From positions 25,968,223 to 26,032,222 of the forward strand of contig NC_069006.1 in NCBI RefSeq assembly GCF_001194135.2: a DNA stretch of 64,000 nt, given 5' to 3'. Positions 52,095 to 64,000 of the stretch are shown in pieces. Made by a program: the position numbers and the translations under genes. Origin of the DNA: Octopus bimaculoides (lineage: Eukaryota). Under the pieces are notes generated by a model that saw only the letters and a program-made list of their open reading frames with translations, made no database searches and was not told the DNA's origin. Position 1 is the stretch's first letter. The number at the start of each line of letters is the position of its first letter.

Positions 52095-52350
52095 GGTGGT
52101 GAGCTGGGCAGACTCCTTAGCATTGCTGGGCAAAATGCTTCACAGCATTTCATCTGTCTTCACATTCTGAATTCAAATTCTACCAAGGTCAACTTTGCCT
52201 CTCATCATTTCGGGGTCGATAAATTAAGTACCAGTGAAAAACTGGGGTCCATGTAATTGACAAGTCCCCTTCCCCCAAAATTTCAGGCCGTGTGCTTTCA
52301 GTAAAAAGGATTATTACCATTTTAACCATTATTATTATTGTTATTATTAT
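52095..52350 (+). mobile_element. family B SINE, near full length
   Basis: CTTTGCCTCTCATCATTTCGGGGTCGATAAATTAAGTACCAG and an (ATT)n tail. Confidence 0.85.
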
Positions 52351-52850
52351 TTATGTGACCAAATTCTGTAACCCACGCCTATTTATACATTGCCATTCTG
52401 TAAATATAACAGGTTTTGTTTTGTTTTTAAAGAAACAGGCATCTGGGAAAAGTCTCTGCACATGCACGCACACACACACACACACATTCTGAACTGTTAG
52501 CATATATAAATACATTTAAATCTACATGTGTGTGTGTGTGCGCCTGTGTTTGTTTATTTAATGTAAACTCATTCTATTTACAAAGTGTCTTAGTCAAGGA
52601 ATCTATTAGAAGTGGGTTCTAATGAGGTCTATGATACAGAACAAACTGCTGCTGCTTCATGTGGCCACAGCAGCAGCAAACAATGTCTTTAATAAAGAAA
52701 ACATCAAAGGAATGGTTCCTTGCTAATCCAACATTACCAAAAAATATGATGAAATTTTCTTTTGGCTGCGACTTCTTTGTTGTTAATGAAATAAGCAAAA
52801 TAAAGAAACAAGAAATGTTTCTAAAATGATGGGATGCAGTCAGAGATGAG

Positions 52851-53014
52851 TGTGACTGTGTGGTTAAGAAGCTGGCCTCATCATCTCATCATTCTGGGTT
52901 CAATCTCAATGTGCAGGACCTTTGGAATTTTAACTCAGAACATAAACGGGCAAAGTGCCACTAAACAGTTTGTCTGGCACGCTAACGATTCTGCCAGCTT
53001 GCTGCCTTAATTAA

Positions 53015-53053
<39 letters not shown>

Positions 53054-53235
53054 GCTTTGAATTTTGGCATAAGGCCAGCAGTTTTGAGGGAGGGGTTAAG
53101 TTGATTACATCGACCCCCAGTGTTAAGCTGGTACTTATTTTATCAACCCCCGAAAGGATGAAAAACAAAGTCAACCTGAGAACTTGAACTCAGAATGTAA
53201 AGGCAGACGCAAAGCAGCTGGGCATTTTGCCAACG
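52851..53235. mobile_element. nested SINE fragments: family A head (+), two family B pieces (-)
   Basis: GTGACTGTGTGGTTAAGAAGC head, then GCTAACGATTCTGCCAGC and CTGGTACTTATTTTATCAACCCCCGAAAGGATGAAA. Confidence 0.75.
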
Positions 53236-53295
53236 GTTCTCCACCCTCATAACCCAGTTCTCCACCCTCATAACCCAGTTCTCCACCCTCATAAC
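53236..53295. repeat. perfect 21-bp tandem repeat, about 2.9 copies
   Basis: GTTCTCCACCCTCATAACCCA at 53236, 53257 and 53278 (partial). Confidence 0.95.
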
Positions 53296-53584
53296 ATTGG
53301 CATAAAGACAGAAATCTACAGAGAACGCGAAAAGTCNNNNNNNNNNTCAATAAATATCATCAACTGAAATTTTTGACTCGACCATCATCAATTGATGTTT
53401 CAGCATCTACTTCATCAAATGTGCCTAAGTATAATCAGCCCTTATTGATTCAAACAAATCAAGTCAGAAATGAAAGATTTATACAGAGATGAAGTGTTTT
53501 TTTTTTCTGACGACTGTTATGTCGTTTGTCTGCCTCAGACATTTCATGCAACCGTTTCCTGAATTTTAAGGGTTAAATTGATTT

Positions 53585-53720
53585 GGGAATCTATCGACCC
53601 CAGAATGGTGAACGGCAAAGTTGGCTTCAATAAAATTTGAACTCGCGATGTAAAGACCCAAAAGAAAAACCACCAGGCATTTTGTTGGATGCTCTACCGA
53701 TTCTGGCTTGGTTGCCAGGT
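53585..53720 (-). mobile_element. family B SINE fragment
   Basis: CTATCGACCCCAGAATGGTGAACGGCAAAGTTGG...TTTGAACTC. Confidence 0.65.
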
Positions 53721-54590
53721 TATTATGAATGATTGCTGTAGAATTTTAATAATCGTCCAACAGAATGGTTTCTTGTCTGTTTTTTTTTTTTTCTTTTGGA
53801 TTTGCTTTATATTAAATTGGTAAATATTAATGAAAACTGATCAGCACACCTACTCACCCACACACCCACCCACACACACACACGTCAGCAATCAATATAT
53901 GCACATATTGCACTAATAACGAGCAGATTAATTGTTCAGCCAAAAAGACAAACGACATCACAATTGCTCCAGAATGTTAATGAAATGAGTTTTGTTGGTT
54001 GGAAGGAATCGCAGCATCTTGCCATCAATAACCACAAAACTTGTCATTTCATCAAATATTTGCAACCTATCAAACCCACGTCTTCTCTGACACATGTTTT
54101 GCCATTTGCTGTTTCCTCTTGCATGATGACGATGACGGCATCACAATGATGACGATGACGATGACGATGGTGATGATCTTGGTGGTGATGACAGTAGTGA
54201 TTTTGATGGTGTAGTGGTAGTGGTGGTGGCAGCAATGGCGGTTGTGGTTGTGGTGATGATTGTGGCTGTAGTGGTGGTGGTAGTGGGGGTAGTGGCTGCG
54301 TTGGTTGTGGTGGTGGTGGTGGTGGTGATGCACTTTGGGAGGGGGGTGAGCAGGCACAAATGCAAAACACACATCTTTGCTAATTTCCTGTTTGTTTTCT
54401 CATCGTTTTTAGCCAATAATAAGGACACCCACTTGCTCTTGCACGCCCACCCCCGCTCCACCCCCACACACACATTGGCCGTCCTTGTTCATTCCTCCTC
54501 ATGGAGTTGTTTGTTTTAGTGGTGATGGCGTGACAGAGAGTGGAGCAAGTTATGATAACCAATAGGAAATTCGTCACTGCCATTTATACA

Positions 54591-54628
<38 letters not shown>

Positions 54629-55986
54629 GGCTCAGGAAAGTAGGTTCCGTTACTCTGCTATTTACATTCACACCTGCTGCCACTTCCAGCAAACACCTCC
54701 TCCACCTCTATTCTTTATTAGCTCCTCCCCCTCCTCATCATGAGTTTCGTCATTCAATTATTCAAATGATTGTTTTAATTAAATCTTACCATTCATCTCT
54801 AGGAGGGCCTCTGCGGTCCACACATCCAGCCCCAGATCTCTTGAACAATGTCTAACTGGTTAAGTGGAATAGTTTACCTCGGAACACCATTGGTACATTG
54901 TTTCCTCTTAAAACGGATCCTGGTTTCCACAGACTGGATTCTCAGAAGACTTCAGTTCAACCCCTGTGACCCTAGGGACACCTCTGTATTATAACAAGTT
55001 GCTGTTTCCTCTGAAGAATATTAGGGAATGCTGCATTGAAACTTTCCTAGAATCAGTTACCATTTTAGATTTACAGAGAGAACCTTTCCTACCTTGTGGC
55101 CTGACACACTTCAAGACTCTCTACACAGCTGAAGCTAATTTACGTCTGACATCATACACAGTGCTGTGTGTTAAATTCTTTGTGGCACTGGTGGGGTGGG
55201 GTGGGTGTGGCCATGACTGGGACGACTGTTGTGACGATGACGATGATGATGAAGATGGCAACAATAACGATGCTGATACTGGCAGTGGTGGTGAGGAAGG
55301 GGATGATGATGGGGTGAAGAGGGTGGTGGTGGTGATGATGATGACATTGACGATGATGATGATGACATTGACGATGATGATGATGACTGTGGTGATGATG
55401 ATGATGATGACAATAACGATGATGATGATGATGATGATTACTGTGGTGATATTGAACGTCACAGTACCAAAAGCCTTCCCCACCTGAAGCAATTTCTTAT
55501 CAAAAGACCAAACTTTAAAGAACGGTCGAGATTGATGCCATCCTCTCTTGGCTCTGTTTTGAGTGAAGAAACTTCTGGAATTTCAAACACAAAATCGATT
55601 CTAAGAACATCAAAGTGAGACAGGGTCACCGGCTATCCCTGTGCCTAAATTTGTTATTGAACTCAACCGACATGAAAGGGTTTCAAATTGGTCTTGTTAC
55701 CTGCAGTTCACAGAATTCTGTTTCGTCTGCTAGAGAGATGTCGTACACCCACACATCATCCATATTTCATGAAATCATGCTTTCAACAAATTCGTTTCAT
55801 ATATATAAACATGAATGTTTTTATTTATCATTTATTGTAAATGTTTTATTATTGTTGTTGTTGTTGTTGTTGTGGTGGTGGTGGTGCTGCTGCTGCTTCT
55901 TAGCGGTATTTCGTCTGCCACTACATTCGGAGTTCAGATTCCATCTAACCCATGCCAGCATGGAAAGCAGACGCTAAATGATGATG

Positions 55987-56160
55987 TGAATTTAGTTTGA
56001 ACCCTTTTCAACCCTTCTAGACACCTCCCTACGATGGGGGAAAGGGGCCTAGTTACCCAGTGACAACCACTGCAAGACAAAAATAGGTACCATAGAGGGG
56101 TACTCGGAGTGCCAATGTAGTCAGAAGCAGACATAAACACCCTCCTATGTAAATTGTACA
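55987..56160 (-). mobile_element. possible CR1/L2-type LINE ORF2 3' fragment
   Basis: Minus translation SPIVGRCLEGLKRVQTKFT resembles the recalled WSP...I-x-x-LERVQRRFT motif. Confidence 0.45.
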
Positions 56161-56699
56161 CTGTTTATACAGGGATAATTAGGGGTTGTGTCAAGTTTAC
56201 GAGGACTTTGTTAAATCCTAACTGTGAGTTTGGTTCCTGGATCTTTCTTTGAGCAGGAATCACAAAAGATGTGTTAGCAATGTGGCTTCACTTCTTATTG
56301 TTCCACCAACACCATTCCATTGTGGAGTGAAAACACCACCATCCAGTTCTCTTGTGCCTCTTCTCCATTGTTGTTTTGTTGTAACGTCTCGATTGGTTTG
56401 TAAGCTAACGAAACCATCTGTTCTACATCTACAACTATTTATAAATAAATACAACATGAATGAGTAAACAGACGGCATCTATTTTATAGGATAATGTTCA
56501 GGTTTGTATTTAATAATGTTGAACATTAACACTATTTCACTACCCTCACAACACCACTTGTGTGTGTGTGTGTGTGTGTGTGAATATTTGTATGTTTGTT
56601 AGATATACTGACTCATGACAAAATCCTCATGCAATTTTATAATGACTTTAGTTTTATTTGTGGGAAAAAATTAATCTGTGAAAACAATCCTCCTCCTCC

Positions 56700-56832
56700 T
56701 CCTCATCATCATCATCATTTAACGTCCATTTTCCATGCTGGTATGGGTTGAACCATTTGACAGGAGCTGGCATGGCTGGAGAGCTACACCAGGTTACAGT
56801 TGCCTGCTTTGGCATGGTTTCTATGGCTGGGG
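56700..56832 (-). mobile_element. family C SINE 3' part
   Basis: CATCATCATTTAACGTCCATTTTCCATGCTGGTATGGGTTG...GGCATGGTTTCTATGGCTGG. Confidence 0.8.
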
Positions 56833-57109
56833 CACCACCTTCAAAGGTTTCAGTCTATCATATCAACACCCCCTTCCTTCCACGACCACCACCACCACCA
56901 TCACCACTAACTCACCCCCACCTCACCCAACCCCCTACCCCATACCTATTTCTGTCTGGTGGTACTTATTTTATCGATCTACTATTTATCAAGTGGCTCA
57001 CTGACTAGGAGCCGATGCACTGCACAGGGTGGAGTGTGGAGGGGGAGGGGAGGCACAGGGTGGGTTGACCCTGGCAGTGTGTAATGTCAAATATATAAAC
57101 ACAAACATA

Positions 57110-57145
<36 letters not shown>

Positions 57146-57891
57146 ANNNNNNNNNNNNNNNNNNNNNNNNNNNNNNNNNNNNNNNNNNNNNNNNNNNNNN
57201 NNNNNNNNNNNNNNNNNNNNNNNNNNNNNNNNNNNNNNNNNNNNNNNNNNNNNNNNNNNNNNNNNNNNNNNNNNNNNNNNNNNNNNNNNNNNNNNNNNNN
57301 NNNNNNNNNNNNNNNNNNNNNNNNNNNNNNNNNNNNNNNNNNNNNNNNNNNNNNNNNNNNNNNNNNNNNNNNNNNNNNNNNNNNNNNNNNNNNNNNNNNN
57401 NNNNNNNNNNNNNNNNNNNNNNNNNNNNNNNNNNNNNNNNNNNNNNNNNNNNNNNNNNNNNNNNNNNNNNNNNNNNNNNNNNNNNNNNNNNNNNNNNNNN
57501 NNNNNNNNNNNNNNNNNNNNNNNNNNNNNNNNNNNNNNNNNNNNNNNNNNNNNNNNNNNNNNNNNNNNNNNNNNNNNNNNNNNNNNNNNNNNNNNNNNNN
57601 NNNNNNNNNNNNNNNNNNNNNNNNNNNNNNNNNNNNNNNNNNNNNNNNNNNNNNNNNNNNNNNNNNNNNNNNNNNNNNNNNNNNNNNNNNNNNNNNNNNN
57701 NNNNNNNNNNNNNNNNNNNNNNNNNNNNNNNNNNNNNNNNNNNNNNNNNNNNNNNNNNNNNNNNNNNNNNNNNNNNNNNNNNNNNNNNNNNNNNNNNNNN
57801 NNNNNNNNNNNNNNNNNNNNNNNNNNNNNNNNNNNNNNNNNNNNNNNNNNNNNNNNNNNNNNNNNNNNNNNNNNNNNNNNNNNNNNNNNNN

Positions 57892-57926
<35 letters not shown>

Positions 57927-58448
57927 TATACATATATATATATATATAGGGAGAGAATTGAGAGTTTACCTACAAGACACACTGTATTAACTAATGCTCC
58001 CCCCACCTCCACCACCTTTTAACAGACATAACAATGTATTTAAAGCCAAATTTTCATCAGTATAATCCTGTTATCTTGTTCTCTTATTTCAGTGGGGCCT
58101 CAATCTGTCACACTGTGTTCATTTCCTATTACAATAAACCTGAAATAATACCATCCCAAACATAATCACCGATAGCATCGTCGTAGCAGCACCGTAGTCA
58201 TCAGCTTTAATACCCTATGCCACTTAGTGTACAATTACCTCAGCATTTACCACCTCTACTTCGCATTTCCTGTCCAATGTAACCTTAGCAGCCATCATTT
58301 CTGATGTTCTTCATAAAGAAGATAAACACTTCCCTTCCCACTCCCTGGTGAATAACTTTTTCTCTTTATTGCAATATGGCTAAGTCTATCTATGTACGGA
58401 TGTGTGTGTATTTATGAGCACATTGCTACTTTGAATGTATTTATATAG

Positions 58449-58615
58449 GTGCAGGTATGACCGTGTGGTAAGAAGGCTTGCTTCCCAACCATAGGGTTCT
58501 GGGTTCAGTCCCATCACCACGTGGCACCTTGAGCAAGTGTCTTCTGCTATAGTCTCAGGCTGATCAAAGCCTTGCAAATGGATTTGGTTGACGGAAACTG
58601 AAAGAAGCTTGTCAA
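58449..58615 (+). mobile_element. family A SINE, 5' half
   Basis: GTGTGGTAAGAAGGCTTGCTTCCCAACC...ACGGAAACTGAAAGAAGC. Confidence 0.85.
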
Positions 58616-58626
58616 GTGTATGTGCA

Positions 58627-58681
<55 letters not shown>

Positions 58682-58685
<4 letters not shown>

Positions 58686-58910
58686 CCCATACTCTCGGAG
58701 TGGTTGGCATTAGGAANNNNNNNNNNATATATATATACACACATCCCATACTCTCGGAGTGGTTGGCATTAGGAAGGGCATCCAGCCATAGAAACCATGC
58801 CGAATCAGACTGGAGTCTGGCGCAGCTCCCCAGCTTGCCACCTCTGGTCAAACTGTCCAACCCATGCCAGCATGGACGACAGACATTAAATGATGATGAT
58901 GATGATGATA
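58682..58910 (+). mobile_element. family C SINE, head duplicated across a 10-N gap
   Basis: ACTCTCGGAGTGGTTGGCATTAGGAAGGGCATCCAGCC...CCATGCCAGCATGGACG...(GAT)n. Confidence 0.85.
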
Positions 58911-58985
58911 TTGATATGTGTGTATACATACACACACACACACACACACACATACACATATATGTATACATATATACACATATGT

Positions 58986-59028
<43 letters not shown>

Positions 59029-60167
59029 AACACACATATCTATACATATATATGTATATCATGGTTCCCGTTTAAAGCACTCTGTAGGACTGTACAAGAA
59101 CCCTCGTCTCCTACACTCTGCTATAATTATTCTGATAAAATTGGATAAGAGCTATCTTTCTGACATCACCGCCGTTACCAACAGCTTCATTACATTACAT
59201 AAAGAATTCTCTTGGCATATTATGGTAAACTCTTAATTCCCTCACAGCAAACTCTTCGAGTCGAGATAGCAAAGATTTTATGGCTAGATGAGCAGCAAGC
59301 AACAGATTAAAACCAGTTTTAATAGCCCAGATTTTATCATGATTAAGAGATTTAATAACTGCTTTATCCAGCTGCACTTAAACAACTAAATCAGGTTAGA
59401 AAATGGTCCTGGCTTGGTTGAGGGAATGGCATCTGGGAATTAGTGGAGAAACCAACTAAAAAATGAAATAAGAAATACAAAAAAAAAAATAGAGACTTCA
59501 ACTCCAGTGTGTATCTAGTGTTCTAGAAAATTTTCGCTACTTAAAATCAATATTANNNNNNNNNNNNNNNNNNNNNNNNNNNNNNNNNNNNNNNNNNNNN
59601 NNNNNNNNNNNNNNNNNNNNNNNNNNNNNNNNNNNNNNNNNNNNNNNNNNNNNNNNNNNNNNNNNNNNNNNNNNNNNNNNNNNNNNNNNNNNNNNNNNNN
59701 NNNNNNNNNNNNNNNNNNNNNNNNNNNNNNNNNNNNNNNNNNNNNNNNNNNNNNNNNNNNNNNNNNNNNNNNNNNNNNNNNNNNNNNNNNNNNNNNNNNN
59801 NNNNNNNNNNNNNNNNNNNNNNNNNNNNNNNNNNNNNNNNNNNNNNNNNNNNNNNNNNNNNNNNNNNNNNNNNNNNNNNNNNNNNNNNNNNNNNNNNNNN
59901 NNNNNNNNNNNNNNNNNNNNNNNNNNNNNNNNNNNNNNNNNNNNNNNNNNNNNNNNNNNNNNNNNNNNNNNNNNNNNNNNNNNNNNNNNNNNNNNNNNNN
60001 NNNNNNNNNNNNNNNNNNNNNNNNNNNNNNNNNNNNNNNNNNNNNNNNNNNNNNNNNNNNNNNNNNNNNNNNNNNNNNNNNNNNNNNNNNNNNNNNNNNN
60101 NNNNNNNNNNNNNNNNNNNNNNNNNNNNNNNNNNNNNNNNNNNNNNNNNNNNNNNNNNNNNNNNNTA

Positions 60168-60208
<41 letters not shown>

Positions 60209-60472
60209 TTGGATTAAAAAAAAATATATATACATTTAAACACACACATGTATAAACATACATATATATATGGGTTAGTGAAATACAGGTGTTTACAGAG
60301 GACCATATGGTATACACAGGCGTGTATATCTCCCTAAGCAGTTCCATACACTTATATAAATAATACATACCATTCTACATCCACGCAATCACAATTATGC
60401 ATCTATCTACACAGATTCATCATAATTATACTCCAATTTCCAACCAGCCAACAATTCACACACACACCTTAA

Positions 60473-60520
<48 letters not shown>

Positions 60521-61066
60521 CATATGACTGAGTTATGCTCTCCTGTGAAAACACCCTCCTCCCTGGAGCTGTTAGGAGCATAAATTCACTGACACTGCAG
60601 TTCCAGCCTGTGTTGTGTGTGTATATTTGGGCCAGGATGTATTTCATGCTAACGGAATACTTCCTTTCTGCGAAAGCATCATTTCTTTTGAATAATTACA
60701 AAACTTGCATCCTGTGCCAGGAGATATGATACTACTGGGATTCTAGCATCAAAACGCCACACACTAATGTATACTGCCATATCCTGACTACTAAGACATC
60801 ACTTCTGCCATTTCTCCACGCACACACACACATATATGTATATTTATTTATATATACATACATACACACATTTATATGTGTGTGTGTGTGTGTAACCACA
60901 CCTAAATGTTTTACTATATTAATCAAATCACACATAATCTCTCATCTCTTACTTTCTGTCACTGCAAGCAGATGTGTCTCTTTCCATCATGATCCACTTC
61001 CAATATCATGTATGTATGTATTTACATAGGTAGATAGGCATCTATGAATGTAGGAAGGTATATATT

Positions 61067-61118
<52 letters not shown>

Positions 61119-61212
61119 TGTCTGTATTGTCTTAAAAGTAACAAGATAAGTCACTTAATAGTTACAGAAATTGTACGTGTTGCGGATGTGTTGGGCATAT
61201 AGTAATATATAT

Positions 61213-62073
61213 ANNNNNNNNNNNNNNNNNNNNNNNNNNNNNNNNNNNNNNNNNNNNNNNNNNNNNNNNNNNNNNNNNNNNNNNNNNNNNNNNNNNNNNN
61301 NNNNNNNNNNNNNNNNNNNNNNNNNNNNNNNNNNNNNNNNNNNNNNNNNNNNNNNNNNNNNNNNNNNNNNNNNNNNNNNNNNNNNNNNNNNNNNNNNNNN
61401 NNNNNNNNNNNNNNNNNNNNNNNNNNNNNNNNNNNNNNNNNNNNNNNNNNNNNNNNNNNNNNNNNNNNNNNNNNNNNNNNNNNNNNNNNNNNNNNNNNNN
61501 NNNNNNNNNNNNNNNNNNNNNNNNNNNNNNNNNNNNNNNNNNNNNNNNNNNNNNNNNNNNNNNNNNNNNNNNNNNNNNNNNNNNNNNNNNNNNNNNNNNN
61601 NNNNNNNNNNNNNNNNNNNNNNNNNNNNNNNNNNNNNNNNNNNNNNNNNNNNNNNNNNNNNNNNNNNNNNNNNNNNNNNNNNNNNNNNNNNNNNNNNNNN
61701 NNNNNNNNNNNNNNNNNNNNNNNNNNNNNNNNNNNNNNNNNNNNNNNNNNNNNNNNNNNNNNNNNNNNNNNNNNNNNNNNNNNNNNNNNNNNNNNNNNNN
61801 NNNNNNNNNNNNNNNNNNNNNNNNNNNNNNNNNNNNNNNNNNNNNNNNNNNNNNNNNNNNNNNNNNNNNNNNNNNNNNNNNNNNNNNNNNNNNNNNNNNN
61901 NNNNNNNNNNNNNNNNNNNNNNNNNNNNNNNNNNNNNNNNNNNNNNNNNNNNNNNNNNNNNNNNNNNNNNNNNNNNNNNNNNNNNNNNNNNNNNNNNNNN
62001 NNNNNNNNNNNNNNNNNNNNNNNNNNNNNNNNNNNNNNNNNNNNNNNNNNNNNNNNNNNNNNNNNNNNNNNNN
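61213..62073. other. assembly gap (largest)
   Basis: Run of N. Other large gaps start near 2273, 4950, 19775, 22522, 24206, 34752, 45481, 47527, 57147 and 59556. Confidence 0.99.
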
Positions 62074-62126
<53 letters not shown>

Positions 62127-63429
62127 TTATGTATAATGTGTGTGCATTTAAGTGTGGAGAATGTTACAAGAATCACAGGGAGAGGATCATTTGAGCTAAA
62201 CATAATGTCCTGAGTGGTTTTATTGGCAAAATTTGGCCAATCATCCACATTGTAAAAATGTCTGCTGCAATGCATGGGAATTGTCATCTGGTCATGTTAG
62301 ACGTTTCCAAAGAAGTAGGGGTTGTGTAAAAACTTTGTGCCTCATGATTTTACAAGATCAATATGAAGGCCACATCATGTTGTTTTGTGTTTTGGAGAAG
62401 AAAAACAAGAGAAACACATCACCATCAGGGAAGTAGTTGATTGGTTGAATATTGATGAAGACTTACTGAGAAGTTGCTATAAGAGGGGGCATGACCCTGG
62501 GAACAGGGAGGGCAAGTGCAACCCCTAAAATTTTTCTTGGGTGCAAGATTAAAATTTGCATCCCCACTTTTCTCAGGTTTTGTTATCATTTTATTATTTT
62601 TTTTGTGCAGATGACGTCACTAGGTAATTTCCATGCAGACATCTTGCTTTTTTACTCTGGCATTCCATTTAGATAGAAAAGAGAAAATAGCATTTTCATT
62701 CCACTGTTAAGTAATTGGTAACCATTATCTATTAATGCTAGGATACAAATTTAAGAGACCCCAGGTAACATTCCACAGCAATGTAGAAAACTGGAGATTT
62801 ATCAACAACAACAACAACAGCAATAAACTGTTCTAGCTGTTCATCTTCATCGGAGTGTGACTGTATTTGGTTAGAAGGAGGGGAGAAAACTATAAAGAAT
62901 CAACAGACAAAATAGGAATTATAGATTCTTAGAAGACAGTAAAAGAGAGATTCAAAACCATATTGTAGATTATCAGATTATCTTGACATTTCTGAAACGG
63001 CAGCAGCAGATGTAGGAGAGCAGAAGACTATCTCTGGTGAAGAATATGACACTGAGAAGGGGATATATATGAGAGAGACAGAGCCTAGCATGGAACAGCT
63101 GTTTCATGTGAATTAGATGAGATATTGGGGGCGATTGTGTGCTGGGGCTTTCCGTGTGTGTGGCGTGCATTAATGCAGAGCTACATGTAGATATACTCTC
63201 ACTGTCACACACACACACAGGGACACACACATACACATACACATGAAGATATTGTACACTTAGAGATATATTTATGAGAAGCATTCCAAGAGGTAACATC
63301 AAAATTTACAAGTACACTACAACCGAAATAGATAAACGAACACAAACAGGGGACAACATGATGTATCCCCCACCACACACACACACATATACACTGAAAA
63401 CAAAAGAACAAAACAAACAAACATGGCAG

Positions 63430-63460
<31 letters not shown>

Positions 63461-63864
63461 TGCCGTCATCATTTGTCTGCCATAGCAGATAGCTACATCT
63501 TTTCTTTTACTCATTGCAAATTTCATCACCCTCTCTAGTCTCATTGGTCAGGTGGTTAGTTCCATGGCCAATGGCAAGATCTGAATCCCTCAGTAGAATT
63601 TGAACTTACACACAGTATCTTTCTTTCAATTTATTCCCCCCCCCCCCCCNNNNNNNNNNNNNNNNNNNNNNNCCCCCCACCGCTCTCTTAGGTTTGGCTA
63701 CATCCATTGTTCCGAAAGACAACAGCCAAAAGAGTAAGTAGGACCATCTTAAAACAGTAGAATAGCTTGTGTTTGGTGTGAGATCAAACCCCATCAAGGC
63801 ATATTTGCCTCTCCTCCGTCAATATGACAAAATAGATACCAGTCATGTACTGGACACCATTTCT

Positions 63865-63896
<32 letters not shown>

Positions 63897-64000
63897 ATGA
63901 CAGAGAGAACGTAGTAAATGAATACAGAGGCAGCCATGTATGAATGAAGGCAGCTTGTTTCCTGTCCAGCAGCAAATATTAAAACCTCTCCACGTCTGGA

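Noticed and set aside
53236-53295. 21-bp direct repeats as a possible CRISPR array
   Set aside because: The repeats are contiguous with no spacers, in eukaryotic context next to a SINE.
62943-63113. Acidic 56-codon open frame (DYLDISETAAADVGEQKTISGEEYDTEKG)
   Set aside because: No pyrimidine-rich acceptor, early start or recognisable homology. Purine-rich composition explains it.
1-64000. Conserved bilaterian miRNAs, snRNAs, rRNA, zinc-finger or protocadherin exons
   Set aside because: None recognised in a by-eye scan. An Infernal/BLAST search would be needed to exclude them.

Overview
Microsatellite-rich, AT-rich eukaryotic draft scaffold with many N-gaps. The repeat families look like those of Octopus; this is inferred from repeat recognition, not from a database search. 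No complete protein-coding gene is visible, and almost all listed ORFs are translations of microsatellites or gaps. The window reads as the interior of a long, probably + strand transcription unit. It holds a few candidate exons (22722-23163, 37561-37743, 43059/43161-43307) and dozens of tRNA-derived SINE copies from at least four families. It also holds mariner, hAT, piggyBac-like and Helentron-like remnants, and Penelope-like ends carrying minimal hammerhead ribozyme motifs. The most interesting signals are candidate recursive-splicing (ratchet) sites on the + strand, best at 33642/33643. Others are the hammerhead set with stem covariation, an ORF broken by one UAG that doubles as a splice acceptor, a piggyBac-like MITE with paired MEF2-consensus palindromes, and a pre-miRNA-sized hairpin. 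Repeat boundaries are approximate, read by eye.
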